From: a virus
Taxonomy: Duplodnaviria > Caudoviricetes
DNA length: 64,000 nucleotides
Strand: one strand, 5' to 3'
Virus record (IMG/VR): IMGVR_UViG_3300047553_000177
Coordinates: 4,686 to 68,685 of that record
Below are positions 20,899-27,858 of the stretch, one piece after another; the first letter of the stretch is position 1, and the number at the start of each line of letters is the position of its first letter. The position numbers and the translations under genes were made by a program. Below the pieces are notes generated by a model that was given only the letters and a program-made list of their open reading frames with translations, searched no databases and had not been told where the DNA came from.

Positions 20899-21207
20899 CT
20901 ACTTTTTAGAAGGTTTTCTACCAGGCTTTTTAGATCCTACTTTATTTCGAGAACCTACTGGACGACCAGGCTTTTTAGATGTTGTCTTAGATTTTAACTT
21001 AACAAGCTCGTCTCTAAGATCCCACAGCTTATCATTGTGCTCATGCAAAGCATCGAATGCATCTTTAAGAGCATCGTTTTTAACATCTACAAGTTCTTCA
21101 GCTTCTTTAAGTCTTTTATAAAGCTTAACTGCTGTAGAGAAAAAGAATATGCTGCCTATTACACCTAGTACAGCAATAACTGTTGAAATAATTGCAAAAA
21201 TTTCCAT
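20899..21207 (-). CDS. membrane-anchored coiled-coil protein with basic tail
   Basis: N-terminal TM helix, coiled coil, and AT-hook-like KKPGRP repeats. Confidence 0.6.
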   Translation of the reverse strand: MEIFAIISTVIAVLGVIGSIFFFSTAVKLYKRLKEAEELVDVKNDALKDAFDALHEHNDKLWDLRDELVKLKSKTTSKKPGRPVGSRNKVGSKKPGRKPSKK

Positions 21208-21501
21208 TTAATTAATGTTATCGATATCGGGAGCTTGAGGCTGCTCCACTTTAAGCCCGTAAGAAAGATCAAACCAAGCAAATGCACGTTCTGCATATGA
21301 TAATGGCATTCTCTTTTCTTTTCTAATGTAACGAATAGAATACTCTTTCCATTCATCATGCTGTTTTTGTGTCATCGTATTCTCATTATACCATCTGTCT
21401 ACTCGACCTAGTAAATTCTCATACGTAAAATCATGACCAGCAATTTCAAACATCTTATCTATTAGATGCTTGGTTATCTTTTCATCTTTAGTCATCACCA
21501 T
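21208..21501 (-). CDS. hypothetical protein
   Basis: 97-aa ORF in a packed operon. Confidence 0.6.
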   Translation of the reverse strand: MVMTKDEKITKHLIDKMFEIAGHDFTYENLLGRVDRWYNENTMTQKQHDEWKEYSIRYIRKEKRMPLSYAERAFAWFDLSYGLKVEQPQAPDIDNIN

Positions 21502-21760
21502 TGTACTCCCACATTATATCTTCAACATAGCAATCTCTACAAAGACTAAAAGCACCAGACTCATCTAACTTTTCATAAGCTTCATCCCAATCTTTACAAT
21601 CAGGATGTTCTTCTAAATACTTGTCAACCATTTCACTAATAGTATCTGATTCACAGTTGTAACAAGTAGTATCCCTTTCATTCCAAGGAGCATTAGGGTG
21701 ATTTGTTGCTCCTGGTGGTAAGTTACTGTTCATTTCTAATAGGATTAAAAGTTTCTTCAA
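21488..21760 (-). CDS. hypothetical Zn-finger-like protein
   Basis: NLPPGA...APWN, CYNC...CRDC. True start is probably MNSNLPPG. Confidence 0.55.
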   Translation of the reverse strand: MKKLLILLEMNSNLPPGATNHPNAPWNERDTTCYNCESDTISEMVDKYLEEHPDCKDWDEAYEKLDESGAFSLCRDCYVEDIMWEYNGDD

Positions 21761-22067
21761 ATTCCCCTGCTTGATAAGCTCTGATAAGAGCTGATATCTC
21801 AGGCAGTTTGTAATAATCAGTAGTAGCTAAGAGTTTAGTAAATTCTTCTAAAGCTTTAGTGACTTGTGGCATTTGCACACCATCAGTATCCCATAAAGCT
21901 ACGAACACTTTACCATGCTCTTTCAGAATCGTATCAACAGTTGCTTTTAATAGTTGTTTACTACGTTTAGTATTAAACCATTTAATCTCTTGACATTCAT
22001 CTGCAGAATAGATAGCAGTTTGTAACCACATTAATAATGTGAGTACTTTAATTCTTTCTTCTTCCAT
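21723..22067 (-). CDS. hypothetical protein
   Basis: 114-aa ORF in the operon. Confidence 0.6.
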   Translation of the reverse strand: MEEERIKVLTLLMWLQTAIYSADECQEIKWFNTKRSKQLLKATVDTILKEHGKVFVALWDTDGVQMPQVTKALEEFTKLLATTDYYKLPEISALIRAYQAGEFEETFNPIRNEQ

Positions 22068-22068
22068 A

Positions 22069-22233
22069 TCACAATTCTTCGATTGATTTAAAGGTTATTA
22101 CAATAAATCCTATTATAATGGATCTTATTATAAGTTTACCAATAGGGTGCTCGTAACTATCAGTTACAACTACATCTTGTCCTGTAAATCCCAATCCGAT
22201 AACTGGAGATATAGAAATTGAATAATCTGTCAT
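22069..22233 (-). CDS. small hypothetical protein (54 aa, not in the ORF track)
   Basis: MTDYSISISPVIGLGF...KSIEEL. ATGA-coupled to the polA stop and fills the gap exactly. Confidence 0.55.
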   Translation of the reverse strand: MTDYSISISPVIGLGFTGQDVVVTDSYEHPIGKLIIRSIIIGFIVITFKSIEEL

Positions 22234-24146
22234 TTGCTCCAAACTTTAGTAATTGATGTTTCAGCTTTCAATAAGCCATTCTTAATAATAGTGTTTGCTG
22301 CCTTCTCCATGAGTTCAGTCATCTTTAGTTTCCATTCTTCAGCATAATCAATAGGGCAGACTGTATCAATCTGATCATGTACAGTCATTACTATTTTGAC
22401 TGGTAGATTGTTTTCTTTAATATGCTTATAAATTAAAACTAAAGCAAGCTTAGTCATATCAGCAGAGCTACCTTGGATAGGAGTATTCTTTGATGCACGT
22501 TCGATACTTCCAAGCTCCATAAAGCTATCTTTATCGTTATACATCTTTGGGGTCCAGCTATTGAACCATCTCTTTCGTTTGAACGGAGGAAATGTTTCAA
22601 TATAACCATGACGTTTTCCAAACTCTCCTAATCCATCTAAGAAACTCTGAATCTTAGGGAAGGCTTTGAAGTATTTAGCAATCAATTCTTTTGCTTCTTT
22701 TAAGTTGCAATTGATTGTTTCAGATAACTTCTTAGGTCCCATCCCATAAGCTAATCCAAAGTTAATCGTCTTAACTTGAGTTCTTAATTTCTTGTGCTCT
22801 TTGCAATTGCACTTCTCTTTTGCTTTTACGTAATCACAATCAGGCTCAGCAGCTTTATTCCATACATCTCCAAATACTAGTTCTGCACATACTGAGTGCA
22901 AGTCTTCATTATTTTCTAGAGCTTTGAGGAATACAGGGTCTTGACTCCCGTATGCAATTACATTTAATTCTTGTGATGAATAGTCACTAGAGACAAATAC
23001 ATATCCTTCAGGGGCAATGAAACAATTTCTGTACTCGTTAGTAGCAGGGATTTGTTGCATGTTTGGCTCAGAACTACTAACACGACCTGTATCCAGGATT
23101 TGTGTGAAATTCGTTCTGACTTTCTTATCAGCACTTAGGAATGTGTAAAAGTTCTCCCCGAAAGCAGAGGATAACTTATCTTTCTCCTTGTACTTGATAT
23201 ACTCATCAATAAGATTATGCTTATACCTATAAGGGGCAAGCTTCTTACCATTAGCACTTTCAAGTTCAGGGACTAGAGTTCTAAATACTTTTAACACTTG
23301 AGTAGGGGATGACCATTTAACTGTAGAATCTTTTAATTCTTCTACAGGTGTAAATAAATCCATCTGCTTTTGTGCTTTGTATCTAGAAAACCTTTCATCA
23401 GCAACAAGAGACTTGTCTAGTTGTTTCTCTAGTTCAAGTGATGTTGCTTTGTTTCTAACAGCTAGTTTCTTCCAAGCTTCTGTATCAAGGATTAATCCTT
23501 CATACTCAATCTCAGAGAAAACTATTACAGCCATATTCTCAAGCTTAACTACACTACGTAGTTTCTTAAAGTCTATGTCTGCTTGTTGTTTGTGATAAAT
23601 ATCGATTAGATACTCTACGTCTTTTGAACCATACACAATCTGGTCTACTGTAAAGGGAGTTGATTCTTGTGCTACGAATCTATTTCGTACTTCTTTGTTT
23701 AATGTTATCCCTAAGTAACGTTGTGTAAGCTTGGCAAGAGCAAAGCCATAATCGTCTTTACCACAGTGTAATATCTTCTCAACTAAGAATGTATCGTATA
23801 CATTATTGAGGCTGATATTACAATAGAATTTGAGGAACTTGTAATCGAACTTAGCATTATGAAGTATTTTAATTTTAGAATCATCTTCTAAAACTTCTTT
23901 CAACATTGCTATCTCTTCTTTACTAGTTACTCTGTAGTCAATGACAAATTGTTTCTCTTTGTCACCACATTGAATCATGAGCAATTTCTTTCCTGTGAAG
24001 TCGAAACCTTCGGTCTCGGTATCTACCCCAATCAAATCAATTGATCGTAAGTAATCTACACATTCCTGCATTGTACATGAGTTCAATGGGTATTCAAAGA
24101 GATTATCTCCACCATTAACTACATAGATAGAATCAGAGTATTTCAT
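22230..24146 (-). CDS. polA: DNA polymerase family A with 3'-5' exonuclease
   Basis: Exo motifs DTET, HNAKFD, YGSKD. Pol motifs TGRVSS, DYSSQEL, KTINFGLAYG, NTPIQGS, VHDQ. Start is uncertain (ORF open to 24182). Confidence 0.95.
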   Translation of the reverse strand: MKYSDSIYVVNGGDNLFEYPLNSCTMQECVDYLRSIDLIGVDTETEGFDFTGKKLLMIQCGDKEKQFVIDYRVTSKEEIAMLKEVLEDDSKIKILHNAKFDYKFLKFYCNISLNNVYDTFLVEKILHCGKDDYGFALAKLTQRYLGITLNKEVRNRFVAQESTPFTVDQIVYGSKDVEYLIDIYHKQQADIDFKKLRSVVKLENMAVIVFSEIEYEGLILDTEAWKKLAVRNKATSLELEKQLDKSLVADERFSRYKAQKQMDLFTPVEELKDSTVKWSSPTQVLKVFRTLVPELESANGKKLAPYRYKHNLIDEYIKYKEKDKLSSAFGENFYTFLSADKKVRTNFTQILDTGRVSSSEPNMQQIPATNEYRNCFIAPEGYVFVSSDYSSQELNVIAYGSQDPVFLKALENNEDLHSVCAELVFGDVWNKAAEPDCDYVKAKEKCNCKEHKKLRTQVKTINFGLAYGMGPKKLSETINCNLKEAKELIAKYFKAFPKIQSFLDGLGEFGKRHGYIETFPPFKRKRWFNSWTPKMYNDKDSFMELGSIERASKNTPIQGSSADMTKLALVLIYKHIKENNLPVKIVMTVHDQIDTVCPIDYAEEWKLKMTELMEKAANTIIKNGLLKAETSITKVWSK

Positions 24147-24330
24147 TTCTCGTAGATTGATGTGCATCTTCGTTCTTCTCAATAAAATCGAGAATAGCTT
24201 CTACATACTTTTTATCGTATGTAACCCCATCAAAGATTACTTTATTACTCTGACAATTTACGTACTCCTTACGTAACTGTACATATCTCCCTGTATCAAG
24301 GAGATTTTTAACAAACTTCATATGACTCAT
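24133..24330 (-). CDS. hypothetical protein
   Basis: 65-aa ORF overlapping the polA start. Confidence 0.55.
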   Translation of the reverse strand: MSHMKFVKNLLDTGRYVQLRKEYVNCQSNKVIFDGVTYDKKYVEAILDFIEKNEDAHQSTRNEIL

Positions 24331-24336
24331 AATTGA

Positions 24337-24603
24337 TTATTTTACATCTTGATCTCCGAACTTTTCTCCGAACTTTTCTCCGTAAGTTTCGTTGTAGTAT
24401 TCTTTTCCATCTCTACTTGTGTCAATCATACACATTCCTTTACATCCATGATTAGCCGCTTTAATAATCTGCTCCTTCTCCATTTGCTTGGCTTGTTCCA
24501 TTAACTTATAAATACTTCCAATTTGCTCAGGAGATAAGTCACCAATCATATCGTCGGTTAAATTATTCCAGAACCATTCAACCGCAGTTTGTTTCTTTTC
24601 CAT
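24337..24603 (-). CDS. hypothetical protein (KQTAVEW...EQAKQMEKEQI type)
   Basis: Sequence pattern I recognise as common in Bacteroidota phages. Shares a 21-nt leader with the next gene. Confidence 0.65.
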   Translation of the reverse strand: MEKKQTAVEWFWNNLTDDMIGDLSPEQIGSIYKLMEQAKQMEKEQIIKAANHGCKGMCMIDTSRDGKEYYNETYGEKFGEKFGDQDVK

Positions 24604-24876
24604 AGTTATTTAGTTTTAAAGGTTTTCTATTTCTTCTTTTACTTTTTCCCAATATGTAAACTGATTTTCTGCTGCTGTTAAATCAATTATAACTATTGAA
24701 TTTATAATCTCATCTACTGCTATCAATGCACATTGTTTGTTTGCATCACAATCAACATTTTTAAGATCAGTTTCAATATTGCAAGGTTCAATACTAATGA
24801 ATATTTCAACTTTATTAAACCTTTTAATTAATTCTTCTGCTTTTTCTTTTGGTGTCATAGTTATTTAGTTTTAAAG
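24601..24876 (-). repeat. 21-nt direct repeat CTTTAAAACTAAATAACTATG (24601-24621 and 24856-24876)
   Basis: Identical leader plus ATG of two adjacent small genes. Confidence 0.85.
24616..24858 (-). CDS. hypothetical protein (MTPKEKA..CALIAVDEI..YWEKVK type)
   Basis: Sequence pattern I recognise as common in Bacteroidota phages. Confidence 0.65.
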   Translation of the reverse strand: MTPKEKAEELIKRFNKVEIFISIEPCNIETDLKNVDCDANKQCALIAVDEIINSIVIIDLTAAENQFTYWEKVKEEIENL

Positions 24877-24880
24877 TTAG

Positions 24881-24973
24881 TAGCACAGACAGGATTCGAA
24901 CCTGTACGTAAGGATTAACGTGTAGCCTTACTCTCTTATTTATTAATAGCGTCTACCATTCCGCCACCTGACT
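24881..24973 (-). tRNA. degenerate tRNA-like element (Leu/Ser-type D arm, long variable arm, no assignable anticodon)
   Basis: AGTCAGG-TGGCGGAATGGTAGACGC D arm, TAAGG..CCTTA variable stem, ACAGG-TTCGAAT-CCTGT T arm. Acceptor stem imperfect, anticodon stem absent, no CCA. Confidence 0.6.
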
Positions 24974-24978
24974 ATGTT

Positions 24979-25190
24979 ACTATTAGCTCTTTAGCATTCT
25001 ACTCCCTGCATGACGGAATTGTATCTTACTTAGCCCTACGTCCTCAGTACGGGTACTAAAGTTTACTAATAGTTTTGCCTTTTTAAACGACGTCGAGAAG
25101 GCTAACTCTATCTCCTATACGATGAGAACAGTTTCATGATAAATCAGAGGAGTTACTGTGTTTTACGATCTCCTGGCCAACGGAGCTATT
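24979..25190 (-). ncRNA. putative structured RNA upstream of the tRNA-like element
   Basis: Nested stems ACTATTAG/CTAATAGT and CTTTAG/CTAAAG, hairpin GCCTT/AAGGC, pseudoknot AGGAG/CTCCT plus ACAGT/ACTGT. No ORF. Confidence 0.45.
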
Positions 25191-25202
25191 GCTTTAAATA
25201 AG

Positions 25203-25324
25203 ATAATCACAGTACCAGTTTACTAGAGTTTAGAATAGTTAGATATGTATGTACATCTCAATCTAACATCTTTCATCCAAGGTGTTGGTAGCTAGCCATT
25301 TGCACGAGCTAGTACCGTGATTAT
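25203..25324 (-). ncRNA. putative multi-stem RNA
   Basis: 16-bp closing helix AUAAUCACGGUACUAG/CUGGUACUGUGAUUAU, continuous only on the - strand (2 G-U pairs), enclosing further hairpins. Confidence 0.55.
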
Positions 25325-25415
25325 TATGTGTCTAAAGTTAAATAACAAATCGATACAAAAGAGACAAACCCCCGTCTCTAATGTATCATTTGTTCTATAA
25401 GTGGTATATTATCCA

Positions 25416-25583
25416 CTACTCTCTCACTAATCTAACCCCTAAACGAAAGGGTCCAAATAAGAATGCAAGCCAATATGAATCGGCAACATCAGGGAGACAT
25501 TCCCCAAAAGCAATGGTTGGAATGAAAATGAATACTTTCTTTTCCGTAGTCAACCATATTTGTATGTGATATTTTGGTTTCAT
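25416..25583 (-). CDS. small hypothetical protein (55 aa, not in the ORF track)
   Basis: MKPKYHIQIW...RLVRE. ATGA-coupled to the upstream lipoprotein gene. Confidence 0.5.
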   Translation of the reverse strand: MKPKYHIQIWLTTEKKVFIFIPTIAFGECLPDVADSYWLAFLFGPFRLGVRLVRE

Positions 25584-25756
25584 CTCCATAAATAGTTTTC
25601 TGTTAATCTATATTTTGGTTTTTTAACATGAACAGGATTGTCAATACTTGGACAATGTTGTGGATCAATCGTATTATATACATGATCTGGAATTTCCTTA
25701 ATTGTTGTACAGCTTGATATGAGTACAACAGAGATTAGTAATAATAAAGTTTTCAT
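25580..25756 (-). CDS. small lipoprotein
   Basis: MKTLLLLISVVLISS-C lipobox, 58 aa. Confidence 0.65.
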   Translation of the reverse strand: MKTLLLLISVVLISSCTTIKEIPDHVYNTIDPQHCPSIDNPVHVKKPKYRLTENYLWR

Positions 25757-25769
25757 GATCTTAAATGTT

Positions 25770-25904
25770 TTAATTAATAGGTTCTGCAAGAACTATATCA
25801 GTTCCTTCTTGTTGAGATCTTCTTACTGCAAAATCTCTGTTAGTTGTTACACAGTTTAATCCATTAGACAGTGTATAAATATACAAGTAATATTCTTGTT
25901 CCAT
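25770..25904 (-). CDS. small hypothetical protein (44 aa, not in the ORF track)
   Basis: MEQEYYLYIY...AEPIN. A-rich leader, fits the operon packing. Confidence 0.5.
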   Translation of the reverse strand: MEQEYYLYIYTLSNGLNCVTTNRDFAVRRSQQEGTDIVLAEPIN

Positions 25905-25929
25905 TGATTTGTAAATGAGTTTAGTTAAA

Positions 25930-25967
25930 CAAAAGTAAAAGAATCTAGGGGAAATTAATCCCCTAGA
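25930..25967 (-). terminator. intrinsic terminator
   Basis: TCTAGGGGA-N6-TCCCCTAGA 9-bp hairpin followed by a T-rich tract on the - strand. Confidence 0.7.
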
Positions 25968-26017
25968 AACTTTCTTAAACAGCGACCAATTATACTAGTT
26001 CGAATCGAATGTTATCA

Positions 26018-26602
26018 CTAGTTATTGATTTCTCCTGTTATTACAGACGTAGCTGTAACTGCTTTAGAGCCATCCATTGGCAAGAACACATGAGCTGCTT
26101 TATCTAAGCAAATCGTAGTGTTAGCAAAGATGTGTTTGCCATTGTGATAGCAATACTCACCGTCTTTACCTTTACGTTTAGCACTTGTTTCCAAGTTAGC
26201 TAATTGATACTCAGTACCTTCGGTGGTCTCAAGAACCTGTACTTTAATGTTTCGTGGAGTACCACTGATATTAGCTACAGGATTTAAAACATTAAGTTGT
26301 AATGTTTCTCTTCCGTAACTGTCAGTAACCCAGTCAGCATTATCTGACATGTCAATGCCAAATACATTGTAGACATCAGCAACAGCTGCTGTCATCCATG
26401 CTCGTCTTGCTCCACCTTGTGAGAAACGTGGATCACTAGCATTTAATAGTGCCAATAGATTTACAGAATTAGATCCGTTTTCGAGAATCTCTGCAAATTC
26501 TAATTGAATTTTGTTACCAGCAACTTTCCTAGCCGATACCATCAAGGTCTGTCCAACCTGCAATCCCTGCAAGCTTCCAGAATTTAGAGTGTTTTTACTC
26601 AT
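26018..26602 (-). CDS. hypothetical early protein (194 aa)
   Basis: Likely ATG at 26602 (MSKNTLNSG) after an A-rich leader. Followed by a terminator. Confidence 0.7.
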   Translation of the reverse strand: MSKNTLNSGSLQGLQVGQTLMVSARKVAGNKIQLEFAEILENGSNSVNLLALLNASDPRFSQGGARRAWMTAAVADVYNVFGIDMSDNADWVTDSYGRETLQLNVLNPVANISGTPRNIKVQVLETTEGTEYQLANLETSAKRKGKDGEYCYHNGKHIFANTTICLDKAAHVFLPMDGSKAVTATSVITGEINN

Positions 26603-26640
26603 GATTTTTATATGTGATTTATGTAAATCCAAGATTAAAT

Positions 26641-26765
26641 AACATTGCAGCAGACAAACCCTTCATGATGGCCCATTGCCATTCTTTTTAGCTGTCTATT
26701 CTGTGCACAAATAACTATCTCTACTATAACTTTTCTTGAGGATTCGAGATAGATGCTGCAATGTT
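26641..26765 (-). ncRNA. putative four-way-junction RNA
   Basis: Perfect 12-bp closing stem AACATTGCAGCA/TGCTGCAATGTT enclosing CTATCTC/GAGATAG, TATTTGT/ACAGAATA and GACAG/TTGTC (with an inner ATGGC/GCCAT) arms. Strand inferred from context. Confidence 0.5.
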
Positions 26766-26897
26766 GTACCCCTCTGCACTCAGTTGTAATACTTCATAGC
26801 CTATAGACCACAAATAAATTGTGTATGGAATAATTCTTACATACTTCATATTACAAACTGCTCACCCTTGGGAAGTGAGTTATGGTGCATTAGCAAA
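26764..26897 (-). ncRNA. twister-like self-cleaving ribozyme, copy A (type P1, long P5)
   Basis: U^AA-UGCAC-C..CUCACU-UCCCAAG-GGUGAG-P5-A-GUGCA-GAGGG-GUAC. Matches the twister core order and covaries with copy B. P1 is weak. Confidence 0.68.
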
Positions 26898-26922
26898 GCA
26901 GTTTATACACTTGCTTAGGTGT
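26896..26922 (-). ncRNA. compact H-type pseudoknot between the ribozymes
   Basis: ACAC-CU-AAGCA-A-GUGU-AUAAAC-UGCUU: S1 ACAC/GUGU, S2 AAGCA/UGCUU. Confidence 0.5.
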
Positions 26923-27078
26923 TTGTACCACTCTGCATTCAGTGTAACACACTTGCCCTCCAACCGTCATAGTAATTTACTATTAGGGTAACAGTAATCT
27001 GCAAGCTCTATTCCTGTTCACGCTACCTGTGTTACACTGCCAACCCTTGTGAAGTTGGAATGATGCATTAATACAAAC
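26921..27078 (-). ncRNA. twister-like self-cleaving ribozyme, copy B (type P1, long P5)
   Basis: P1 GUUUGUAU/GUACAAAC, U^AA, P2 UGCAU/AUGCA, P4 CCAACU/GGUUGG, L4 UCACAAG, T1 CAC/GUG after GA, P5 CAGUGUAACAC/GUGUUACACUG. Confidence 0.72.
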
Positions 27079-27136
27079 CAACAACATCTCAGTCGAAAGA
27101 CTTGTATCGACAAATCAGACCTTGATGCTGTTGGTT
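27076..27136 (-). ncRNA. three-way-junction RNA element
   Basis: 13-bp stem AACCAACAGCAUC/GAUGUUGUUGGUU, continuous on the - strand, with two small hairpins (UUGU/ACAA, AGUC/GACU). Confidence 0.5.
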
Positions 27137-27141
27137 AATGA

Positions 27142-27240
27142 TTATAAAACTGGTGACATTAGGAAACAAAGTATAACAAACAACCAGATAGTTGTTGATA
27201 TAGTAGCTCCTAATATGAATGACTTCTCTTCTGTTTTCAT
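27142..27240 (-). CDS. 32-aa hydrophobic peptide (not in the ORF track)
   Basis: MKTEEKSFILGATISTTIWLFVILCFLMSPVL, a single TM helix. Confidence 0.5.
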   Translation of the reverse strand: MKTEEKSFILGATISTTIWLFVILCFLMSPVL

Positions 27241-27265
27241 AACAATGTGTTATAAAGTTTAGATG

Positions 27266-27296
27266 GACTAATTTGTAGGCATTAGTCTGATTGCCT
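27266..27296 (-). ncRNA. H-type pseudoknot
   Basis: AGGCA-AUCA-GACUAA-UGCCU-ACAAA-UUAGUC: perfect 5-bp and 6-bp stems, A-rich loop 3. Confidence 0.55.
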
Positions 27297-27384
27297 TGAA
27301 AGGGTTGTGGAGATCCTGGTAATCAATTACTTAACAACGAAGTGATGATTATTCCCTATATCCCCTGGGTCCCGAAGGAACTCC

Positions 27385-27543
27385 TTAGAGGAGTCCTTCA
27401 GTTGTGGCCCATTCCACAGCAGCATCAAACTGCACATGGTCAGCTGGGACCCATAGCATGTCTTCCTTTGGCATCTTGCCAGATTGGAATACGATCTTGC
27501 CTGACTTAATCAAAAGTCCTTTAGGTGTAAGATAAGCTTTCAT
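27385..27543 (-). CDS. first early gene, 52-aa hypothetical protein
   Basis: Likely ATG at 27543 (MKAYLTPKGLLIKSG). Higher GC than its surroundings. Confidence 0.55.
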   Translation of the reverse strand: MKAYLTPKGLLIKSGKIVFQSGKMPKEDMLWVPADHVQFDAAVEWATTEGLL

Positions 27544-27858
27544 AAGATTGGTGCCGGGGGGTTTGATCCGGCAATAGTTAGTGGGGTCTTTGAATCTGTA
27601 GGATAACACTCTCAAAAAATTCCCATCAAAAAAAATTTTCCCCCAAAAAAATTCTATCTACTTTAAAGGTGGTTAATTCGAGACCTTTAGATGTTTGGTT
27701 GGTTAGTGCTACTACCCATCTTGTTAATATCAACCTAATGATGTTTTTAGGTGTAGGTGAGTTAGTTGGTTCCTTACGAGGACAGTTTGTCCCTGGGTAG
27801 TAGAGTCACGTTTATTGCACAAAATACTGGACATTTTGCATAAGGGGTTTGGCAAAAA

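Noticed and set aside
25128-25160. Possible hammerhead ribozyme (CUGA...GAAAC on the - strand)
   Set aside because: The core is CUGAUUU rather than CUGANGA, and there is no room for stem I.
25203-25324. Twister-sister ribozyme suggested by a GUGCAA loop
   Set aside because: The other conserved elements (GCAAGGCC, GCUCA) are absent. Kept only as an unassigned structured RNA.
26764-27078. Repeat-spacer-repeat pattern as a mini CRISPR array
   Set aside because: Only two diverged copies, whose differences are base-pair compensatory. No cas genes are present.
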